From positions 2,752,001 to 2,816,000 of the forward strand of contig OY762964.1 in assembly GCA_963667035.1 (NCBI GenBank): a stretch of 64,000 nt of DNA, in the 5' to 3' direction. The notes beneath the pieces are model-generated. The model did no database searches and was not told the DNA's origin. It saw nothing but the letters and a program-made list of their open reading frames with translations. Of the stretch, positions 10,921 through 18,499 are shown piece by piece. Source of the stretch: Candidatus Cloacimonadales bacterium (GTDB lineage: Bacteria; Cloacimonadota; Cloacimonadia; Cloacimonadales; JAFGVF01). Both the position numbers and the translations under genes were made by a program. Each line of letters begins with the position of its first letter. Position 1 is the stretch's first letter.

Positions 10921-11154
10921 TTATTTTTCTACTACGTAAATGATTCCATCAACCTCTATGTATTCAACGTCGCCTTCTTCAACTTCGGCTTTGTAGATTA
11001 CTACTTTGTGATCTAAATTTGCGATATCAGCGGTAGTAATTATTGGTGTTGTTTCAACTGCTGCTACTTTTCCGCTAACTGTAGTAAATGTTTGACAAAA
11101 AATTCCACTTACTAAGACTACGACCATTAGGAAAGAAAGAACTAACTTTTTCAT
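10921..11154 (-). CDS. Small secreted protein (77 aa)
   Basis: GAGG RBS before ATG at 11154; signal peptide MKKLVLSFLMVVVLVSGIFC; acidic beta-type C-terminus. Confidence 0.65.
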   Translation of the reverse strand: MKKLVLSFLMVVVLVSGIFCQTFTTVSGKVAAVETTPIITTADIANLDHKVVIYKAEVEEGDVEYIEVDGIIYVVEK

Positions 11155-11224
11155 TTTAAACCTCGCTTTTCGATTAAGTTTCATAAAGTAAGACTGAGTT
11201 TTTTTAAAACGGGGACGCAAAGTA

Positions 11225-12211
11225 ATGAATAAAATTGATTTTACTACTGTTCAGAATGTAGCTTTTCGTATAGCTTACAAGAAGTTAGGAACAAAAGAAG
11301 ACGCCGAGGACATAGCTCAAATTGTTTTAATGAAACTCTATTTGAACATAGAGAAGGTTAAACCTGAAGCTATCAAGTCCTGGGTTACCAGAGTAGCCAA
11401 CAACGAAATTGCTGATTTTTGTAAGAATAATAATATTGCTCTTACAGGTCAGGATTTCGATGTGATTCCTGATGCCTATCTTCCTGAGATACATGATCAA
11501 AAGAAAAAACAGGATCCCATTCTGAATGATATTATTGATACATTACCTCCTGAGCAAAAGCGATTAATAAATATATACTTCTCGACAGGCGAAAAAATAA
11601 GAACGATTGCAGAGCGAGAAGGCATTGGATATGACAAATTAAAGAAATTATTGTATCGTGTCAAAAAAGATATTTTTGCTGAGTACCATATTAGGACTGG
11701 TTATAACTGCTCTAAAGAGATTGTTAGTTCCAAATTGAATGAGAATATCCAACGCTTTATGAAGAAGTTCAAGAAATGTGTAGAAACGGACTCTTTAGAA
11801 AAAATGAGGATATATTTCGGCAAAAAAATTTCTTCCGAGGAGATTCCAAAACTCAATATCAGATCAATTCACGACTACACAATCAGACTTCTTGAGAAAG
11901 ACTTGTATAGATTAACAATGATTTTCTTTGAAAAGGACAAACCAAGTCCCAGCTTTCTTTTCATGGAGTTTGAGATAACGGATTCAGGGAACATCAAAGT
12001 AGTAAAACTTCCTTTTGTCCCTTCCAGAGTTACCGCCTGTAATCCTGAAAAACTACCTAACAACGTTGCCGATCTGGTTACTAAGAGAGAGAAGGGTAGA
12101 CCGGTGATTACCGATGCCCAATTCAGCGATATTGCTAAAACCTACGGTACCCCTGTACCCCCGACTGCAGCAACAGAGATTAATAAAGAAGAAGATAAGA
12201 ATAAAAAATAA
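11225..12211 (+). CDS. ECF-type sigma-70 factor with long C-terminal extension
   Basis: Region 2 (DAEDIAQIVLMKL, KSWVTRVANNEIAD) and region 4 HTH (LPPEQKRLI...IRTIAEREGI), then about 170 extra aa. Confidence 0.8.
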   Translation: MNKIDFTTVQNVAFRIAYKKLGTKEDAEDIAQIVLMKLYLNIEKVKPEAIKSWVTRVANNEIADFCKNNNIALTGQDFDVIPDAYLPEIHDQKKKQDPILNDIIDTLPPEQKRLINIYFSTGEKIRTIAEREGIGYDKLKKLLYRVKKDIFAEYHIRTGYNCSKEIVSSKLNENIQRFMKKFKKCVETDSLEKMRIYFGKKISSEEIPKLNIRSIHDYTIRLLEKDLYRLTMIFFEKDKPSPSFLFMEFEITDSGNIKVVKLPFVPSRVTACNPEKLPNNVADLVTKREKGRPVITDAQFSDIAKTYGTPVPPTAATEINKEEDKNKK

Positions 12212-12261
12212 TAAAAAGGGACAGCTTTACACTATCCCTTGTATATAATACTTATGTTTAT

Positions 12262-13188
12262 TTACTTGTTAACTTGGAAGGTTGTATCACCTCTTTCGAA
12301 ATAAGCAATTATCTGTTTAATTGCAGCCATTCCGGCATTGAAATTAGCCTCGCTTGTTTGAGCACCCATTTTCTTAGGAGTAAACAGTACTCTATCAGCA
12401 AATTTAGCTTCAATCTCTTCTTTGCATGCAGGTGCAATGTCAGATAAATATTTGAAATCGTTTCTTTCTTCCATAACCCTTAAGAGGTCTTCTTCATGAA
12501 TAACTTCTTTACGAGCAGTATTTACTAAAACAGCATTCTTTGGCATAGAATTAAGAAGAGTGTAATTAATAGATTCTTTAGTCTTCGCATTTGCCGGTAA
12601 ATGAAGAGAAATATACTGACAAGTTGAATAAAGTTCTTCAACAGAACTTACCGGAATAACATTATCCTCTTTCATTATACAGTCGCATACAAATGGGTCG
12701 TATGCATAAACTTTCATACCGAATCCATGTGCTATTTGAGCAATCAAGCGTCCGATATTACCATAAGCGTGAATACCTAGAGTTTTTTCTCTAAGCTCTG
12801 TTCCTGCTTTTGGAGTAAGCTTATTACGGGCCATAAACAGCATCATACCGAAAGCAAGCTCTGCTACAGCATTTGAGTTTTGTCCCGGAGTATTCATAAC
12901 AACAATACCCTTCTCATTAGCTGCATCAAGGTTCACATTGTCATATCCTGCACCGCCACGAACAACTATCTTCAGATTTTCTGCTTTTGCAATAACTTCA
13001 GGGGTAACCTTATCCGATCTGATGATTAAAGCATCAACATCTTTCACTGCATCCAAAAACTGGGCATTGTCTTCATATTTCTCTAACAATACAAGCTCAT
13101 AACCTGCTTCTTGGCATTCTTTCTCAATAGCAACTACCGTGTCTTTTGAGAAAGGCTTTTCTGTCGCAACAAGTACTTTTTTAGACAT
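12262..13188 (-). CDS. serA: D-3-phosphoglycerate dehydrogenase, short type III-like
   Basis: RGGAGYDNV, NTPGQNSNAVAE, HAYGNIG, LVNTAR, TPKKMGAQT; no ACT domain. Confidence 0.8.
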   Translation of the reverse strand: MSKKVLVATEKPFSKDTVVAIEKECQEAGYELVLLEKYEDNAQFLDAVKDVDALIIRSDKVTPEVIAKAENLKIVVRGGAGYDNVNLDAANEKGIVVMNTPGQNSNAVAELAFGMMLFMARNKLTPKAGTELREKTLGIHAYGNIGRLIAQIAHGFGMKVYAYDPFVCDCIMKEDNVIPVSSVEELYSTCQYISLHLPANAKTKESINYTLLNSMPKNAVLVNTARKEVIHEEDLLRVMEERNDFKYLSDIAPACKEEIEAKFADRVLFTPKKMGAQTSEANFNAGMAAIKQIIAYFERGDTTFQVNK

Positions 13189-13333
13189 AACGTCCTCCTG
13201 TTTCTATTTTATAATTTATGTGTTTGAAATAAGCAAATTGTTCTTTCATGTCAAACAATTTAGTGAGGAGATATTCTTTTATTTGTTTATAATATCCTTA
13301 ATAGGTTAATATCAGTAACCGGAAAGTATTGGA

Positions 13334-15067
13334 TTACATATCTTCAAAGAATGGATTCATCTGATCAATTTCTTCATTCTGAAGAATTTCAAAGACTTCT
13401 TCGGCACTCTTGGATTCTATAATCTGGTTTTTAATCTGTTGATTGTGTCCAAATATCCTTGATATTGTAGCCAAGGCTTTAAGATGGTATTTATAATGCT
13501 TCTGAGGAGTTGCAATTAGAATGATGATATGAACGGGTTTATCGTCCAATGATTCGAAATCAATTCCTTTTCGAGAGACACCGATAACGCCCTGAATTGT
13601 GGGGCCTCCCTCAATAATTGCATGAGGAATAGCAATGTTATTACCTATACCGGTAGACATTTCACTCTCTCTTTTCTTAACTCCCTCTTTAAGTTTCTGG
13701 AGGGAAATAGATCTTATATGGTGAGTTTTATGCATCAATTCGGTTAACTTATCCAATGTCTCCCACTTATTCATATTCTCAAGATCAAGCATAATGTACT
13801 CTTCTTGCAGGAAATCTAGAAGTCTTAATCGGTCTTTATTAACTTCACCTGTTTTCTTAAGTATCCATGAAGTACATAAAGGTCCTAAGAAATCAAATAC
13901 TATGATTGCAGTAAGAGTTATTGAGTTAATCTCCTTAGCATATTGATGGAACGACGGTTCATTTTGAGTGAGTGTAACAAGACCTAGAGACAAAGCAGCC
14001 ATGGGAAAAAGAGCATATCCGATGTTATTCTTAATTGTATTAGCCGATCCGGCAATTACAGCCCCTAATCTAGCTCCGGTAAATTTACCTATCAGCCTTA
14101 CCAAGATTACTACAATTCCTATTAGTCCGGTAATTTTAAATATTTCAATATCAAAATGCACACCTGCAATAACAAAGAACACATAGAAAATCTCTTTTTC
14201 TATCTCTGATAAAGCATTAAAAATCTCATTCTTATAACGTGATTTATTAGTGAGTATAACACCTAATATCAGTGTTGAAAGAATACTTGAAAAGTGGAAT
14301 GTCTCAGAAATTCCAACAGTTATGAGAATAGCAATAAGTACCATTCCTGTAAAAGAGGAAGGTTTAATCTTTCTTTTATTAAGCTTTATAAGAAGATATC
14401 CGGTCACTCCTCCTATTAAGACGGATTCAAGTATCATCAGCACCGGTTTTATCAATTGGTGAAGTAAATCTGTTTCCTGATTCAAGTGACTAACAATATA
14501 ACTATAGGCGAAATAAAAGATAGTTATAATGACAACATTGTTAAGAGCTATACTTGATAACACAGTCTTCGTTAGAATGCCTTTAGCTCTTTCTTTTCTA
14601 ACCTCATGGATGATCGATTCAGGAGACGTTGCACTTATTATCACAGACACAATTAAAGAGATTTCGACCGGTTGTTTCAATATCCAGTGCATTACGGTAA
14701 AAGTCAAGCCGCTTACAATGAATATATCGGAAAAAGTAATCCAGAAGATTCGTTTACCGGCATTGTGTAATCTATTATAATCCAAATGACTACCTATAAT
14801 AAGACCAAACAGTCCAATTGCAAAGTTAGTTATGGGATTAATTGCTTCAAAGTATTCTTCGGAAAAGATGTTTAAAATGTATTTACCAATAGCTATTCCA
14901 CCAAGAATCAAAGCAATTTCGGTTGGTACCTTAATTTTCTTCGCCACCCATGAGAAGACTATTCCTGTTATTAGAATAATTGACAGAACCAACAAGCTAT
15001 TGGGATGCTCAACTAGCGGTCTCTGATGCTTGATATAGTTCATGGCTGTATAAAGAAATCCATCCAT
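13334..15067 (-). CDS. Cation:proton antiporter (CPA2/Kef-like) fused to a PTS EIIA (Ntr/Fru-type) domain
   Basis: Many TM helices, SATSP and FFVIAG motifs, RLIGKFTG; C-terminal RESEMSTGIGNNIAIPHA...GIDFESLDDKPVHII. Confidence 0.85.
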   Translation of the reverse strand: MDGFLYTAMNYIKHQRPLVEHPNSLLVLSIILITGIVFSWVAKKIKVPTEIALILGGIAIGKYILNIFSEEYFEAINPITNFAIGLFGLIIGSHLDYNRLHNAGKRIFWITFSDIFIVSGLTFTVMHWILKQPVEISLIVSVIISATSPESIIHEVRKERAKGILTKTVLSSIALNNVVIITIFYFAYSYIVSHLNQETDLLHQLIKPVLMILESVLIGGVTGYLLIKLNKRKIKPSSFTGMVLIAILITVGISETFHFSSILSTLILGVILTNKSRYKNEIFNALSEIEKEIFYVFFVIAGVHFDIEIFKITGLIGIVVILVRLIGKFTGARLGAVIAGSANTIKNNIGYALFPMAALSLGLVTLTQNEPSFHQYAKEINSITLTAIIVFDFLGPLCTSWILKKTGEVNKDRLRLLDFLQEEYIMLDLENMNKWETLDKLTELMHKTHHIRSISLQKLKEGVKKRESEMSTGIGNNIAIPHAIIEGGPTIQGVIGVSRKGIDFESLDDKPVHIIILIATPQKHYKYHLKALATISRIFGHNQQIKNQIIESKSAEEVFEILQNEEIDQMNPFFEDM

Positions 15068-15224
15068 TACTTGTTACTCCTTTGATTATGGGATTTATTA
15101 TAAAAACTATTGGTATTAATATGTACTGATTAATTTTACGGTTCAAGATTTATGTTGTCAATATATAAATCTGCAGTAGCGAAACTGCTTAGTCTAATTT
15201 CTCGGTAAACTTCTCTATTCATTC

Positions 15225-15521
15225 TGTAGTGTCCTGAATAAGTTTACCATAGTTTTAGTTACTCAGTTTACTTCATTTGATTGAAATAATTCTATCTTTT
15301 CTAAATTGATTAACTACGAAGCATATACACTTTCCGGAGTGTTGTAGTCAAGTGAAGAATGATATCTTTTGTTATTATATATATCTATTGCTTCTTCTGT
15401 TGCTTGTAAAGCAACTTTCTTGTTTGGGAATTTCAATATCATTCCCGGATCATGCTTCAATGTTCTATTTACTCATCATTTCTCCTGTTCCTTTTTAGGG
15501 TAACCTATCCAGGACAGTACA
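15225..15521 (-). mobile_element. 297-bp internally deleted IS3-family element (MITE-like)
   Basis: TG...CA ends with imperfect terminal IRs (TGTAGTGTCCTGAATAAGTTTACC vs reverse complement TGTACTGTCCTGGATAGGTTACCC); contains the 3' end of a transposase. Confidence 0.8.
15314..15472 (-). pseudogene. IS3-family transposase (integrase core) C-terminal fragment
   Basis: Translates as VNRTLKHDPGMILKFPNKKVALQATEEAIDIYNNKRYHSSLDYNTPESVYAS*, matching the N..LK...YN..R.HSSL.Y.TP end of IS3 OrfB; preceded by in-frame stops. Confidence 0.8.
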
Positions 15522-15546
15522 ACCTCTTTTTGCTCGGTTAATCAAC

Positions 15547-15643
15547 GCACTGCGTTCGCACTGTGTCTGCAGTGTGAATGCATTGTCAACCCACTGATTC
15601 ACCGGGTTCATAGTGCGGGTACAGTGGAAAAACAGTGGGATGA
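15547..15643. repeat. 11-bp-period degenerate repeat array with inverted halves
   Basis: gcactgcgttc/gcactgtgtct/gcagtgtgaat/gcattgtcaac/ccactgattca, then tagtgcgggta/cagtggaaaaa/cagtgggatga. Confidence 0.6.
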
Positions 15644-15686
15644 TTATGCTTTGATGGAGTTTGCCATGAAACCTTCACGTTATTAT

Positions 15687-15847
15687 CTCCCGTTTTGCCC
15701 GTGATTAACAAGCACAAAATCGAGGCATGCATGTCACAAAAAACTCGCATCGTTCTTGCATAGTTATGCAAGATTTATGCAAGGGTTATGCAAGAGTCTC
15801 GTAAGTTGGATGTGGTTATTTGTCATGAGAGAATCTGGAGATTGGAG
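15687..15847. repeat. Dispersed intergenic element copy A, with TTATGCAAG x3 at 11-bp spacing
   Basis: Shares CCGTTTT..C.CGTGATT and GTCATGAGAG flanks with 35779-35964; TTATGCAAG at 15764, 15775 and 15786. Confidence 0.6.
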
Positions 15848-16053
15848 GGTTACCTCCCATGTAATACTCCCAATGGGAGTAAAAAGAAAAGCAAGAGCAT
15901 AGTTTTAAGAGCTGTGTGAGTAAAAAATGTAATGCTTATGATAGTTATTGGATTAACTCTTCAGAATAGTATAATTGTTAACTACCTGAAAAAACTTGCC
16001 AAGAATTTGAAAGCGATAATAGCTTGGCTCAACTATTTGAAAGAGGTAAAAGT

Positions 16054-16758
16054 ATGAAAAAAATCATAATTATTATGATACTAGTATCTGTTGGATTATT
16101 ACTTGCAGAAGGATTCTCAATAAACACACCCGGTGGTTCAATTTCAATGACTGTCACTGATGATGCTTCCGGCACCAGTATCTCATCAAAAACCGTCTCG
16201 GTTGAATCATTAATTTCAGAGATTGTGAAAGAACTCGAAAGCCTTGAAAGAATACACTCAAAACTAAACAAGTTTGATCAGAGAAAAGCCCAAAACATAA
16301 TCAACGACATATATGAAAAACTTGCTATGTTACCGGATGATGGAGCAATCACTATCAATGCTAAAGTTACAGATTCTCCTCAAGCTTCAGATGCAAATGT
16401 AAGCATAAATGTTAATGTCACTGGTGACGTTAATGAAACTGTAACTCCCAGACCAGAACCGGTTGAAGATAGGCACGTACCGATGAATAGAATCGATTTT
16501 AACAGTTGGAAAAAGAAAATTGCTAATGAGAGTTTTGCCGATGATCAGTTACGCATAGTTAAAATGGGTGCTAAAAATGGTTGGTTTGACTGTGGACAAG
16601 TAAAAGAAATTCTTAGTCTTTTCAACTTTGCAGACGATAAATTGAGTGCCTTAAGAATTATGTGGCCTAGAGTTACAGACAAAGAGAATAGTTATTCTGT
16701 TATAGATAGCTTTGAGTTCTCAGACGATAAGGAAGATGCTGAGACAATCATGCAATAA
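16054..16758 (+). CDS. Secreted protein with C-terminal DUF4476-like domain
   Basis: GAGG RBS and signal peptide from 16054; C-terminal PM...F...I.NESF.DD.L...F...QV..I..LF.F.DDKL...D.EN. Confidence 0.7.
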   Translation: MKKIIIIMILVSVGLLLAEGFSINTPGGSISMTVTDDASGTSISSKTVSVESLISEIVKELESLERIHSKLNKFDQRKAQNIINDIYEKLAMLPDDGAITINAKVTDSPQASDANVSINVNVTGDVNETVTPRPEPVEDRHVPMNRIDFNSWKKKIANESFADDQLRIVKMGAKNGWFDCGQVKEILSLFNFADDKLSALRIMWPRVTDKENSYSVIDSFEFSDDKEDAETIMQ

Positions 16759-16776
16759 ATAAAACACTTGATTTTA

Positions 16777-16812
16777 AAAGACTGTTGACTAGCTCAGCAG
16801 TCTTTCTTTTTA
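16777..16812 (+). terminator. Intrinsic terminator
   Basis: AAAGACTGTTGA-CTAGC-TCAGCAGTCTTT plus T-run. Confidence 0.6.
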
Positions 16813-16820
16813 TAGGTTTT

Positions 16821-17852
16821 ATGAAGATAAACGGAATAGAAACCAGAACAGTTTATTGCAAAGACAATAAGTTGGTAATTATTAATCAGAATAAACTTCC
16901 TTTTGAAGTAGAATTTCTGGAGTTAGAGAAGATTGAAGAAGTTTTGCATGCCATTAGTACAATGCAAGTTCGCGGTGCACCTGCAATAGGAGCAACCGGA
17001 GCATTTGGTCTACTTATAGCACTCAATAATATTGATAAAAGCAATTGGAAAATTGAACTGCAAAAGGCCTATAACTCCTTATTGGCAACTAGACCTACCG
17101 CTATAGATTTAAAAAACTGTATGGACATAGCAATGGACTCTGTCAAAGAAATTTCTGACTATGATACAGCAATGGAGATACTAAACTTAACGTCTAATCA
17201 TATTGCTGACAGTAGCGTTGCAGCATGCAGAAAGATAGGTATGTTTGGCAATTATCTTATAAAAGACGGAGAAAGAATATTAACTCATTGTAATGCCGGA
17301 GCATTGGCGACAGTTGATTATGGTACTGCTTTAGCTCCTATTAGGCAAGCTTTTTATGAAGATAAGAATATCTTTGTCTATGTTGATGAGACAAGACCAA
17401 GATTACAGGGTGCCAGATTAACTGCTTTTGAATTAAGTCAGGAAGGTATAGATTATAATCTAATCGCTGATAATGCTGCAGGTTATTTCATGCAGAAAGG
17501 TAAAATATCAATGGTAATAACAGGAGCCGATAGGATTGCTTTAAACGGTGATGCTGCGAATAAAATCGGAACTTATACCAAAGCCGTTCTTGCAAAGGAA
17601 AACGGAATTCCCTTCTATATAGCCGCTCCCTTAACAACATTTGATTTATCATTAGAAAGCGGAAAGGATATTCCAATCGAAGAGAGAGATGGAAAAGAAC
17701 TTATTGAAGTAGGAAATGCAAAGCTGACCTTTGATAATGCAAAGACGGCTAATCCCGCTTTCGATGTCACACCTGCACAATATATAACAGGTTATATCAC
17801 TGAGATAGGAGTTATTCCATCCGGTGAGATAGTAAATATTAAAAAGAGTTAG
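16821..17852 (+). CDS. mtnA: S-methyl-5-thioribose-1-phosphate isomerase
   Basis: MQVRGAPAIG, ATRPTAIDL, LTHCNAGALAT, DETRPRLQGARLT, GDAANKIGTY, NPAFDVTP. ATG at 16821 preferred over TTG at 16785. Confidence 0.93.
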   Translation: MKINGIETRTVYCKDNKLVIINQNKLPFEVEFLELEKIEEVLHAISTMQVRGAPAIGATGAFGLLIALNNIDKSNWKIELQKAYNSLLATRPTAIDLKNCMDIAMDSVKEISDYDTAMEILNLTSNHIADSSVAACRKIGMFGNYLIKDGERILTHCNAGALATVDYGTALAPIRQAFYEDKNIFVYVDETRPRLQGARLTAFELSQEGIDYNLIADNAAGYFMQKGKISMVITGADRIALNGDAANKIGTYTKAVLAKENGIPFYIAAPLTTFDLSLESGKDIPIEERDGKELIEVGNAKLTFDNAKTANPAFDVTPAQYITGYITEIGVIPSGEIVNIKKS

Positions 17853-18253
17853 CGAGCTTTAAAATCTGCTAAAACCTCTGAAATAGCTTTAAACAATTGT
17901 TCTTTGTAAAATGGTTTGGTTAGATAATAATCCATACCTACGTCAAAACATTTATCTTGGTCGTATTTCTCTGCTTGAGCTGTAAGGGCAATAATAGGAG
18001 TATAGACATTCAATTCTTTCTCCAATTCACGAATCTTTATGGTTGCCATAATGCCGTCCATAATAGGCATTTGCAAGTCCATGAAAATAATATCATACTT
18101 ATCTTGTTGATATTTCTCACAGCCTTCAAGACCATTCTTAGCCCAATCAATGAACGCTGCATATTCATTTAGATAGCTTTTAGTAAGCTTCATATTGATT
18201 TTATTGTCTTCGACGATCAGTATTTTCAAAGTAGACGTATCAAAACTCCCCAT
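17849..18253 (-). CDS. Stand-alone receiver-domain response regulator
   Basis: LIVEDN, FMDLQMPIMDG, IIALTA, KPF; no output domain. Confidence 0.9.
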   Translation of the reverse strand: MGSFDTSTLKILIVEDNKINMKLTKSYLNEYAAFIDWAKNGLEGCEKYQQDKYDIIFMDLQMPIMDGIMATIKIRELEKELNVYTPIIALTAQAEKYDQDKCFDVGMDYYLTKPFYKEQLFKAISEVLADFKAR

Positions 18254-18499
18254 GATTATTCTTCTTATTATCAGTCTCCCTGAATAATGTGAATATTTAT
18301 GCAGATATGAAATAATCTGTCAATCTAAAATTGTAAAAGAAGTATTCATGGCATTCTAATTAGTATTCTTAGTATAATATTGTGAATAAGTTAGTAAAAA
18401 TTCTAACAGATAATTGATTTGGAATTAATTCAAAGCTTTTAAACATTGCCAAAAATAACCGAAATATCAATATGTGATTATCTTTGATACTGGAGATTT

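Noticed and set aside
11205..11224. GGGGACGCAAAG resembles part of a c-di-GMP-I riboswitch
   Set aside because: The upstream GGCAAAC/GNRA stem is missing, and the motif sits where the sigma gene RBS is expected.
15586..15771. 61-aa ORF on the minus strand
   Set aside because: It overlaps repeat arrays, has no clear RBS and no recognisable motif.
15547..15800. Possible CRISPR array
   Set aside because: Units are 11 bp with no unique spacers, and no cas genes are present.
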